From a virus (Duplodnaviria; Caudoviricetes): a stretch of 25,426 nt of DNA. The stretch covers positions 1 through 25,426 of IMG/VR virus record IMGVR_UViG_3300008117_000300, one strand, 5' to 3'. Shown here in pieces: positions 1 to 8,596 of the stretch (positions within the stretch are counted from its first letter, which is position 1; each line of letters opens with the position of its first letter). Both the position numbers and the translations under genes were made by a program. The notes beneath the pieces were generated by a model. That model did no database searches, was not told the DNA's origin, and worked only from the letters and a program-made list of their open reading frames with translations.

Positions 1-500
1 GAACCACCTTGGTCTTGACCTCTGGTTGGTCCAGCATTATTACCTTGACCACTTGTTCCTGTACCATTACCGGCACCACCGGAACCACCACTGTTACCAG
101 TTTGGTTAACCCTGTCACCACCACCACCACCGGTAGCAGTAAAACCAAGTCCTGAAGAATTACCACCATTTGTTGCTTGAGCGTTAGAAGTATTACCACC
201 GCTACCACCAGGACCAACAGTAATAGTGTAAGAACCTGCAGCAATATTATTTAAAGAACCAGTAAGAAAACCACCTGCGCCACCGCCGCCGCCACCTGAA
301 TCACTAGGACCACCTCCGCCACCACCACCACCGGCAACAATAAGGTAATCACAATCACCACCAGAAAGCACACTAAAAGTTGTGTCACCTGTAGATGTAA
401 AAGAATGAACCTTGTAATCAACACCACCAGAAGAATAAGTGGTGATAGTGCCACCAGTTGCTTCAAAACCTGCTGAACCTTGAGAACCAAGAATAATCAT
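1..500 (-). CDS. Glycine-rich virion/tail-tip protein, runs off the left edge (not in ORF track)
   Basis: ATG at 500-498 overlaps the upstream stop (TAATG). Manual translation is open to the edge: MIILGSQGSAGFEATGGTITTYSSGGVDYKVHSFTSTG...DYLIVAGGGGGGG...GGGGAGG...YTITVGPGG. The VH.FTS.G / YL.VAGGGGG / Y.ITVG.GG pattern is typical of phage glycine-rich domains. Confidence 0.85.
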   Translation of the reverse strand, partial: MIILGSQGSAGFEATGGTITTYSSGGVDYKVHSFTSTGDTTFSVLSGGDCDYLIVAGGGGGGGGPSDSGGGGGGAGGFLTGSLNNIAAGSYTITVGPGGSGGNTSNAQATNGGNSSGLGFTATGGGGGDRVNQTGNSGGSGGAGNGTGTSGQGNNAGPTRGQDQGG

Positions 501-1279
501 TAAGACACCAAGTTACCGAAAGCAACCCAAGTATCAGTATCAGTTTTCAAAACACCAGCAACAGCATACTGTGCTTTAAGTTTTAATTTACTGTTCTCTG
601 ATTGAATAGTTACACCTGAAGCACCAGTCATCAAAATAGGACCAGTACCTGTTTGAATAAAATTAACAACAGAACCAGTAGGGAAAGCCACAGAACTATT
701 CAAAGGAATAGTAATGGTTCCTGTAGAAGTTGTGCTAAAAGGTAACACTTTACCTTGGTCACTTAAAGCTAAAGTGTAGTTACCTGTGTTAGCGTTAAAT
801 CCATAATAGACAGCACCAGCAGTTAATGTTCCACCACTAGCAGCAGCAGTGTGAGCGTGTGTTGCGTTAACAAAAGATCCAATAGTTGGGGTAGTTAAAG
901 TCTTATTGCTTAAAGTTTGTGAATCAGTTGTACCAACAATAGAACCAGTAACACCGTGCACAGCAGAAGAAGCAGCAATGTGTTCTTGTGGTTCACGGTA
1001 ATCACGTGCAGAAGCAACGTGCTTAACCTGGGCACCAGCATCGTGAGCAGTACCAGCAGTACCATCCTGACCGCGAACAATAGTTAACGTGGTACCAGCA
1101 GCAGCCGTAACATTAACAAGTTCCTCACCAGCAGTGTCATAACTCAAAGCCAAAGTATAAGGATACGAGGCAGGAAACCCTGACACAGAAGCAACAGTGA
1201 TAGAAGTACCAGAAGCATCAACAGCACCAGTTAAAGTGGTGTCAATAGCGGTAGACGAATAATAACGATTAACAGACAT
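500..1279 (-). CDS. Tail/fibre structural protein (259 aa)
   Basis: Thr/Ala/Gly-rich. N-terminal E.V.VT...LTIVRGQDGT...H.AG motif, a QTLSNKTL repeat unit and a C-terminal YTL..SD.GK...TW..FGNL domain, as seen in phage tail proteins. Lies in the virion operon. Confidence 0.7.
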   Translation of the reverse strand: MSVNRYYSSTAIDTTLTGAVDASGTSITVASVSGFPASYPYTLALSYDTAGEELVNVTAAAGTTLTIVRGQDGTAGTAHDAGAQVKHVASARDYREPQEHIAASSAVHGVTGSIVGTTDSQTLSNKTLTTPTIGSFVNATHAHTAAASGGTLTAGAVYYGFNANTGNYTLALSDQGKVLPFSTTSTGTITIPLNSSVAFPTGSVVNFIQTGTGPILMTGASGVTIQSENSKLKLKAQYAVAGVLKTDTDTWVAFGNLVS

Positions 1280-1282
1280 TAC

Positions 1283-2176
1283 TTACCTTCCATATCTTAC
1301 GCGAATTGGGAAATCTTCCTGCTGACGTTTAGACGCAACAGTAAGCCTTTGCTGATAAAGTTGAAACAAAGCCCTAGTAACAGTTCCACCAGAACCAATA
1401 GGTGAAGCCTGATCTATCTGGTCAACCTCAGCAGTTTGACCTGGTAAACGAGAAACATCCAGATAACCTGCAACACGGTACGCAGCACCCAACACAACAG
1501 GTTCCTTAGCATACGCAGGCAAATAGGTTACATCCTCAAAATCATCTGATGACAAATACATTTCCTGTGGTTGACGTGAATAAACCACGTGAACAGTACG
1601 ACCAGGAACAATACCATCATAAACACTAATTGTTTTACCAGTATTAAAAGTACCAACATAGGCGTTCTTGTTAATAGAATACTGTCTGACAGGCAACCAT
1701 TCTTGTGTTGGACCTGTTGTTTGCCACATAACCTGTAGGATCTCGTCAGCTTCTGAAGGAAGTTCATAAGTGTTTTGGCTTGAGATAAAATTAAATGTTG
1801 TGTAGAACACACCAAAAATGTCAGGGAACACACCAGTGACAGAGTTGTTCAATTGTTTACGGATAACATCTTTAGGAAAACTTGGGGAGATAGTGACTCT
1901 GTCACCAATATTATGTGGAGCTTTTTGTGTGGATCTAAATCCACGACCGTAAGGTGCAATGGTTGCAACGTTAGTGGCACGGTCAAAAGACTCAACCCAC
2001 ATAAGTTCATCGCCAACCTCAACAAGGCCTTTAGATAAAGTGGCAGCATCAGACACAGTCATAGTAAGTTGTGTGTCAGTCATAGCAGCAGTTAAATAAG
2101 TTGACTGGTCTTGGCGTTGAGTGTACCCAGATAGGGCAATAAGTGTTTCGTCAACAAGGTCAGAAAATGATGGCAT
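1283..2176 (-). CDS. Probable head-tail adaptor / tail tubular protein (297 aa)
   Basis: Clean ORF coupled by a TAATG overlap. C-terminal part (TYELP...V.Y...P...VVLGAAYR, terminal helix) resembles podovirus adaptor proteins. Function is inferred. Confidence 0.55.
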   Translation of the reverse strand: MPSFSDLVDETLIALSGYTQRQDQSTYLTAAMTDTQLTMTVSDAATLSKGLVEVGDELMWVESFDRATNVATIAPYGRGFRSTQKAPHNIGDRVTISPSFPKDVIRKQLNNSVTGVFPDIFGVFYTTFNFISSQNTYELPSEADEILQVMWQTTGPTQEWLPVRQYSINKNAYVGTFNTGKTISVYDGIVPGRTVHVVYSRQPQEMYLSSDDFEDVTYLPAYAKEPVVLGAAYRVAGYLDVSRLPGQTAEVDQIDQASPIGSGGTVTRALFQLYQQRLTVASKRQQEDFPIRVRYGR

Positions 2177-2454
2177 TAGGAAGCAACCTCTCTTAGAGCA
2201 GGAATGGCTTCAAGGCCAGATGTTCCTGCAAGTTCATTACATACAGCGTTTAAACCTTTGTAGTCTTTAGGGCTACGTCCTGCTTGTGCTTTCTGATTAA
2301 GCGCACCAAGGATTTCTAAACCGGTTGTGCCAGCCCATTTGTTTGCAGCACCAGCCTGGTCAAGATAAACTGTGCGTGAAGGATAAGACGCACCACCATT
2401 AGCAAGCCTGTTTAATTCGTCAACCAAAGTTGAGCCATCAAAACCGTAAGTCAT
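2176..2454 (-). CDS. Hypothetical protein (92 aa) with an internal duplication
   Basis: Coupled at both ends by TAATG overlaps. Repeats AANKWAGTTGLEILGAL and VCNELAGTSGLEAIPAL. Confidence 0.8.
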   Translation of the reverse strand: MTYGFDGSTLVDELNRLANGGASYPSRTVYLDQAGAANKWAGTTGLEILGALNQKAQAGRSPKDYKGLNAVCNELAGTSGLEAIPALREVAS

Positions 2455-2606
2455 TATTTCTTCTTTCTAGCAACAGCCATATTGTCAATCAAATTAGGAT
2501 AAGGACGACCAGCTTTTTTGGCACGTGCTTTAGCAGCAGCCTTCTTAGCCGGTGTTAACTTTGTTGACTTCTTTTTAGGATTCTTTGTTTCCCATACTTT
2601 TTTCAT
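2454..2606 (-). CDS. Small very basic protein (50 aa, not in ORF track)
   Basis: MKKVWETKNPKKKSTKLTPAKKAAAKARAKKAGRPYPNLIDNMAVARKKK. ATGA overlap upstream, TAATG overlap downstream, fills the gap exactly. Confidence 0.85.
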   Translation of the reverse strand: MKKVWETKNPKKKSTKLTPAKKAAAKARAKKAGRPYPNLIDNMAVARKKK

Positions 2607-2884
2607 TTACAGTTACAGTCCCAAGCTCTTAGTGATTTGTTTATACGTGAATTAGGATCACGTGCAGTTTTAGCTGAAGTCAGTTTAGACTTCATACCAC
2701 ACATACGCCCACAGAAAGACTTACGTCTACCAGCAGACTTAGGTGATTTTTTGGCCTCTGCTGCTTTAACAGGGGGCTTTAGGTTTCCACCAGTAGCCTT
2801 GTTGTATGAAGCACGACCTTTGGCGTTTAAACCACCTTTAGGGTTCTTGCCTTCTTTACGTTGCCAAGCAGCAGATTTAGCCAT
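2603..2884 (-). CDS. Small basic protein, DUF6321-like (93 aa)
   Basis: AW.RKEGKNP.GGLN.KGR.SY...LK.PV...RRKSFC.RM...SR..K.LR.W.C matches my recollection of the phage DUF6321 family. Confidence 0.75.
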   Translation of the reverse strand: MAKSAAWQRKEGKNPKGGLNAKGRASYNKATGGNLKPPVKAAEAKKSPKSAGRRKSFCGRMCGMKSKLTSAKTARDPNSRINKSLRAWDCNCK

Positions 2885-2885
2885 A

Positions 2886-3020
2886 TTACTTAGTCTTACC
2901 CATTTTCTTCATAGAAGACATTTTCTTAGCCTTCTTCAAATCAGCACCAGTAATCTTCTTACGTGGATCAGCCATTGCAGCTAAACCTTTTTGTTTCTTA
3001 GAATATTTACTGTACGGCAT
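2886..3020 (-). CDS. Small basic protein (44 aa, not in ORF track)
   Basis: MPYSKYSKKQKGLAAMADPRKKITGADLKKAKKMSSMKKMGKTK. TAATG overlap upstream, ends 1 nt before the next ATG. Confidence 0.8.
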   Translation of the reverse strand: MPYSKYSKKQKGLAAMADPRKKITGADLKKAKKMSSMKKMGKTK

Positions 3021-3184
3021 TATTTGCTCTTCTTTGGTTCGTTAGAGTATTCTCCAACTTCAACATACTTTGGTTCAGGTCTGCGGGCAGGAGTTTTACC
3101 AGATGCCTTAGCAGGATTATTCACAGCGGAACCGCCAACACCGTAAGGGTTGACAGCACCGTAACATCCACATTCGTAACACAT
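3020..3184 (-). CDS. Small protein with N-terminal CxxCxC (54 aa, not in ORF track)
   Basis: MCYECGCYGAVNPYGVGGSAVNNPAKASGKTPARRPEPKYVEVGEYSNEPKKSK. Starts 2 nt after the previous stop with AGGA just upstream. Confidence 0.8.
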   Translation of the reverse strand: MCYECGCYGAVNPYGVGGSAVNNPAKASGKTPARRPEPKYVEVGEYSNEPKKSK

Positions 3185-3186
3185 AT

Positions 3187-3507
3187 TTATATTCCTAACT
3201 TAGAGATAGCTTTTGCTACCTTCTTATTGGCAAGCCTATGAGCCGGGGCCATCTTCTCCCCGTTATATGGTTTACCAAGATTTTCACTAGCAGTAACAGC
3301 ATCCTTAACTGCTTTCATACTTGTGCCAGCAGGTTGAATACCCTGCTTCCTAGCATCAGCGTAAGCGTTAAGTTCAGCGTCCCACTTCTTACGGGGAACA
3401 ACACGCATATGTGCTGCATCACCAGGATGCAACTCTAACGTGGAAGCCTTACAACCAAAACATCCTTCAACATACTCAGGATGGGTTCTCTGCCTGTGTA
3501 GCGACAT
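3187..3507 (-). CDS. Hypothetical protein (106 aa) with H-x4-H...CxxC
   Basis: GGAGGA Shine-Dalgarno inside the end of the glycosyltransferase gene. HRQRTHPEYVEGCFGCK is a possible metal site. Confidence 0.8.
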   Translation of the reverse strand: MSLHRQRTHPEYVEGCFGCKASTLELHPGDAAHMRVVPRKKWDAELNAYADARKQGIQPAGTSMKAVKDAVTASENLGKPYNGEKMAPAHRLANKKVAKAISKLGI

Positions 3508-4546
3508 AGTTTTCCTCCAACCACTTCAAGTTATCCTGTAAGCGCCCGTCCGTTGGGTTAGCCTCAACAGCCATCTTTGCAAACTTTAATGCTTCATCTT
3601 TTTTACCAAGTTGCCAACCGGAAACTGATAACAAATCGTAGCAACGCCAATCCCAAACACTCTTATCGTTCAGGTAGTGGGTTTGTGGTTCAAGTTCATT
3701 AACTTTACTTGCAGCGTCCCAGCACCCCTGCCAGTTGCCAACAGTGTATGAGAACTGTGCAAAACTAAACCAAGGTTCTAACTCGTTAGGGTTCTCTTTG
3801 ATTGCCCTTTGAAACCATTGTAAAGCGTTATCTTTATTACCAAGTTCCTGTGAAGCCTGACCTGCAGCACGACACACAGCAGAACGCTCAACATACCAAC
3901 CACCAGCGTTTAATGTGGCAAAAGCAGACTCAATAACTTTTTCCCACTTGCGATGAAAATAGTATTCGCGTGTCAGGTAGGCCCACATTCGTGCATCGCG
4001 TGGGTCTTCGTGCACTGCTGCTTCAAGCATCGGTAAATAATAGGTTCTTGCTTTAGTGTCATCAGGTTTATGAAACACTGTCAAATCGTATTCTAAAGTT
4101 TTCTCTTCACCCTCAGCATAACGGAAGGTTACTTCGTGGCAGGGTTTAATCCACCTGTACCCGTGACGTGCGTGCAACCTGTTGTTGTTTCTCCACTTGT
4201 TACCGGTGTCCCACCAAACCCAACCACGACCAGTGTCGGGTTCCCAGGTTTCGCGAACGGTGTGGAAGAAGTTAAACTCTGGTATCTCATCCATATCAAG
4301 TGATAAACAAACATCAACATCAGCAGGGATCAAAGCTAAGGCTGCGTTTCTTGCGTCATCAAACCTGAAAGGTTTAATTGACACTTGGTGAACAATAACG
4401 TTTGGTGCTGCTTGTAGCAAAGCAACTGTTCTGTCTGTTGAACCTGTGTCTACTACCACACGAACATCTGCGTCTCTTGTTCCTTCAAGCCAACGCATCA
4501 CGTGTTTTTCTTCATTTAATGCAATTGTGTATGCTGCTATTTTCAT
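3476..4546 (-). CDS. Family 2 glycosyltransferase with C-terminal TPR repeats (356 aa)
   Basis: I..NEE, VVDTGSTD.T, F..ARN.AL, L.LDMDE (DxD) and HE motifs of the GT-A fold. Helical TPR-like C-terminus (AL.WFQRAI..NP...EPW; AL.FA..A...NP). Confidence 0.9.
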   Translation of the reverse strand: MKIAAYTIALNEEKHVMRWLEGTRDADVRVVVDTGSTDRTVALLQAAPNVIVHQVSIKPFRFDDARNAALALIPADVDVCLSLDMDEIPEFNFFHTVRETWEPDTGRGWVWWDTGNKWRNNNRLHARHGYRWIKPCHEVTFRYAEGEEKTLEYDLTVFHKPDDTKARTYYLPMLEAAVHEDPRDARMWAYLTREYYFHRKWEKVIESAFATLNAGGWYVERSAVCRAAGQASQELGNKDNALQWFQRAIKENPNELEPWFSFAQFSYTVGNWQGCWDAASKVNELEPQTHYLNDKSVWDWRCYDLLSVSGWQLGKKDEALKFAKMAVEANPTDGRLQDNLKWLEENYVATQAENPS

Positions 4547-4562
4547 TAGTCCCCTTAATGAA

Positions 4563-4775
4563 TTAGACTGATAGGGTTTGTAGTTCTTCTTCTGTTAACC
4601 CTAAGGCTGCTAGTTTTGCTAGAGCGGATTCGCGAACTTCTTCTCGTGCAGCCTTGGCTGCTTCGTTTGCTTCGTGTTCTGCTTGACGTTCAGCCAACTC
4701 TTCATCAGTTGGACTCTCTAGGTAGACTGGTACTGCGCTTCCTGCTGGGGTTATATCTATTGCTTCTTTTGGCAT
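4563..4775 (-). CDS. Small acidic helical protein, tail-fibre chaperone-like (70 aa)
   Basis: T.EELAER...SALAKLAALGLTEEE pattern, directly after the fibre-tip genes. Function is inferred. Confidence 0.6.
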   Translation of the reverse strand: MPKEAIDITPAGSAVPVYLESPTDEELAERQAEHEANEAAKAAREEVRESALAKLAALGLTEEELQTLSV

Positions 4776-4790
4776 TGTTATTTCCTTTTC

Positions 4791-5363
4791 TTAGTTGTAA
4801 CCGTAAACTGACATTCTTCCAGAAAAAGTTCCTGTACCTGGAAAAAAAGTAATTCCATCATAAGAAGTATTTTGATTATGAATACCTGATACATTGCGAA
4901 CACGTGACACATCTTCTGCCTGTTGCATCTGTGCTAGTATTGCGGTTTTTTCAGCCAAAAATGGTTTATAAAGTTTCATATCCAAAGCGTTTGGGTTTCC
5001 GCTACCAACTTGCCCAAGAACACCATAATTAGTAGTTTCCCTAACACCAGCAACAGTAGTGCTGTTTCCTTGAACTGATTGTGAAATGTAAGAACTTGCA
5101 GTACTGTTATCAGTACCAGCAACTCTCAAACGAAATTGTAAATTTGCTGCAGTTGTAGAACCATCACCAACAAACATTATTGAATAATAATTGTAGGTAG
5201 ATGTAAAACAACCATTTAATGAAAGACTTGAACAACCTGAAAAGGTTATTGTTCCTAAAGAATCTGCTGAACCTGTACCTGAACCCACAGCAACAGAAGA
5301 AGGCACAATCTTAGCCAACCCTGCACGTGAACCCCAATCAGCGGTTTGTCTTGACCTAGTCAT
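4791..5363 (-). CDS. Tail fibre/tip protein, paralogue 3 (190 aa)
   Basis: Short MTRSRQTAD N-terminus, then the shared domain VPSSVAVGSGTGS...TFSG...LNGCFTSTY...YDG.T.FP...VYGY. GGGAG SD upstream. Confidence 0.75.
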   Translation of the reverse strand: MTRSRQTADWGSRAGLAKIVPSSVAVGSGTGSADSLGTITFSGCSSLSLNGCFTSTYNYYSIMFVGDGSTTAANLQFRLRVAGTDNSTASSYISQSVQGNSTTVAGVRETTNYGVLGQVGSGNPNALDMKLYKPFLAEKTAILAQMQQAEDVSRVRNVSGIHNQNTSYDGITFFPGTGTFSGRMSVYGYN

Positions 5364-5372
5364 TGTTCTCCC

Positions 5373-6356
5373 CTAGTCCTTGTAACCGTAAACGCGAATA
5401 GTGCCAGAAATATTACCAGAGGCAGGAAAAACAGTAAAACCGTCAAAAGAAACATCTCCATTAAACATACCTGTGGTCATTGTTGCATAAGAGTTTGCAC
5501 CACTACCATCAAAGTTAGAGTTCCAAGTACCTGTATTTATAGTTAAAAATGGATTAATTACATCAACACCAGTTATAAAGTTTCTTTGTCCTGTTGTGTG
5601 ATAACCAATCCTAATAAATGTAGTAATAGCACCAGAAATCCCAGAACTTCCATCTGTTCCAGTTTGATTTCCAGCATAACGATAATTAGAAGTTGAATTA
5701 TCAGCACCAGAAACACGAAATCTTAACTGAATATTAGCACTTGCTGTGTTAGACATATTTGCAAAAGATATTCTATAATTATCGTATGTGCTAGTAAAAC
5801 AACCATTAAGGCTTACAGAAGATGCACCACTAAATGTTACGTTACCAATAGCATCCACAGAACCAGTACCGCTACCAACCGCTACTGATGTTGGTACAAC
5901 CATACGCAACCCTGCCGCAGCAGCAGCCACACCATCAGTCTCAGACTTAGTGTAAGCATTAGCAACAGTGAACGCAGTATAAGCAAAAATTTCAACAACA
6001 TCATTAACAGCCAAAGCGCTTGACATAACAACTGATGTGCCGTTAGTGGCAGTGTAATCCTGACCACGAACCTGCAAAGCACCATTCACATACACAGCCT
6101 CAGACCCAGCCACATAGGCTAGGGTTAAACCGTTTGCGTCAATGCCTGTGATAGAAGTTTGTCCTGCTGTTGCAACGAAGTAGTATCTGGTTAGTTGACG
6201 GTTGTATGTGTCAACATCCCCGTCGGAGTCTATCCACAGGTCGCCTGTTGCTGGTGCTGTTGGTGCACTTGTTTGGTAGGCGATTGGTGATTGTGGTGTT
6301 GTTGGTCCTACGAGTTCAAATGTAGAACCGTTATAAAAATAAAGTGGTTTAGTCAA
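5373..6356 (-). CDS. Tail fibre/tip protein, paralogue 2 (327 aa, TTG start)
   Basis: N-terminal APT..GDLWID motif, central ATAGQT...VYVNG..Q....DYTATNGT domain and the same C-terminal domain as both neighbours. Confidence 0.75.
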   Translation of the reverse strand: MTKPLYFYNGSTFELVGPTTPQSPIAYQTSAPTAPATGDLWIDSDGDVDTYNRQLTRYYFVATAGQTSITGIDANGLTLAYVAGSEAVYVNGALQVRGQDYTATNGTSVVMSSALAVNDVVEIFAYTAFTVANAYTKSETDGVAAAAAGLRMVVPTSVAVGSGTGSVDAIGNVTFSGASSVSLNGCFTSTYDNYRISFANMSNTASANIQLRFRVSGADNSTSNYRYAGNQTGTDGSSGISGAITTFIRIGYHTTGQRNFITGVDVINPFLTINTGTWNSNFDGSGANSYATMTTGMFNGDVSFDGFTVFPASGNISGTIRVYGYKD

Positions 6357-6357
6357 T

Positions 6358-7002
6358 TTAGTTCTTCAATCCGTAGATAGAAACAGTACCTGTAATATTA
6401 ACGCTATCTGGATACAACAATAAAGAATTATAAGAAGTAGTTGTAGCCAAAGCGCCAGTAAAATTATAAAATCTTACAGCAGAAGCACCACCACTAATTT
6501 CAGTATTAATAGAATGCCAAACAGTATTTCTTGTATTAAAAGGATTATACATTGCTACTTCAAAACCAGCATATTGTGTGCCGTTAACTTGTCCAGCCCA
6601 ACCATAAGTTGCTTGTGACCTTGAACCAGAAATTGTTGTGCTATTTCCTGCAACCAATTGTGAATAATAACTGTTTCCAGTTTCATCAGTGCCACTATTT
6701 CTCATACGAAACCACATATTTGCAGCACTAGAGCCAACAGTATTAAGAACAATTTTATAGTTATCGTAAGCAGAACTGAATACACCATTAATAGCAACTG
6801 TGCTTGCACCACTGAAAGTAACAGTTCCGTTAGTGTTAACAGAACCTGAACCTGAACCAACGGCAACGCTAGTAGGAACAATTAATCTTGTTCCAGGAAC
6901 ATTGTCAGCATAAGATTGAGTAGCAAAACCAGCCAAAGACTCAACCTCAGTTGCAACACTCACCCACTGTGTACCAGACCAAACATACATTGGTTTCGGC
7001 AT
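6358..7002 (-). CDS. Tail fibre/tip protein, paralogue 1 (214 aa)
   Basis: KPMYVWSGTQW N-terminus, then VPTSVAVGSGSGS...TFSG...NGVFSSAYDNY...IYG. Confidence 0.75.
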   Translation of the reverse strand: MPKPMYVWSGTQWVSVATEVESLAGFATQSYADNVPGTRLIVPTSVAVGSGSGSVNTNGTVTFSGASTVAINGVFSSAYDNYKIVLNTVGSSAANMWFRMRNSGTDETGNSYYSQLVAGNSTTISGSRSQATYGWAGQVNGTQYAGFEVAMYNPFNTRNTVWHSINTEISGGASAVRFYNFTGALATTTSYNSLLLYPDSVNITGTVSIYGLKN

Positions 7003-7004
7003 AA

Positions 7005-7927
<923 letters not shown>

Positions 7928-7928
<1 letters not shown>

Positions 7929-8275
7929 TAAGAAGTGACCCCTTCGTAAACAGTAAAGCCACCTTCAAGTAAACGAGTCACAGTAGAATCAGGGGCAGTA
8001 ACTTCAAGATCATAAACATAATTACCAGCAGCCAAAGCTGTGGTTTCAGCAGCAGTAAGATTCAAAGTAAACTTACCATCAGTAGTACCAACAGTAATTT
8101 TACCGTTAGAAGAAGTCAAAGAAATAATTGTTGAAACAGAAGTAGGTGAATACTTAACACTCATAGCAGCAGTGTAACCGGTCACATTAACATATGTGCC
8201 ATCAATTTTCCACTGTGGTCTAAGGGTAAAAGTAGCCCCTTGATAAACTTTCATATTGTATCTACCTGGTGTCAT
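7928..8275 (-). CDS. Virion structural protein, beta-rich (115 aa), possible fibre anchor
   Basis: QGATF...N.TGYTA...L.A.ET..L....YVYDLE...V.RL.EG...V pattern, common in phage structural proteins next to collagen fibres. Coupled to the collagen gene by TAATG. Confidence 0.7.
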
Positions 8276-8536
8276 CTATTCCTCTATAATATTGGCGCCG
8301 TAACCGGCAGCGATTAAACTTGTACGTTCTGCATCAGAAATCAAATTCTTGTGACCACCCGGATAGTAATACAAAGCGGATTGTGTTTCATCAACGCTTG
8401 GGGTACGAACACTATAATAGGACCCGTCAGTCCTCTGTAAAACACTATTAGCCCTAGTCAACTTATAACGGTAAAACAATGCTCCACCACCGGCAGGGCC
8501 TTCTTCAACAGTAGGTGGTAAAAAATAATAAGCCAT
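8276..8536 (-). CDS. Hypothetical virion-associated protein (86 aa)
   Basis: AAGGAG SD, first gene after the capsid terminator, abuts the next ATG. Confidence 0.8.
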   Translation of the reverse strand: MAYYFLPPTVEEGPAGGGALFYRYKLTRANSVLQRTDGSYYSVRTPSVDETQSALYYYPGGHKNLISDAERTSLIAAGYGANIIEE

Positions 8537-8546
8537 TGTTCTCCTT

Positions 8547-8584
8547 AAAAGGTGTAACCCCCACCGTTTCCAATGGGGGCTACA
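8547..8584 (-). terminator. Rho-independent terminator after the major capsid gene
   Basis: Minus strand TGTAGCCCCCATTG-GAAA-CGGTGGGGGTTACA (14-bp stem with G-U pairs, GNRA loop) followed by CCTTTT. The short U-tract suggests partial read-through. Confidence 0.8.
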
Positions 8585-8596
8585 ATTTCGCCTAAA

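Noticed and set aside
251-490. 79-aa minus-strand ORF in the track
   Set aside because: Shadow frame of the glycine-rich gene starting at 500. Its V/L-rich text is a frame-shift artefact.
4791-7002. Shufflon or diversity-generating retroelement behind the three paralogues
   Set aside because: All are in the same orientation with their own starts. There are no near-identical DNA repeats or adenine-specific differences, and no recombinase or reverse transcriptase in the window.
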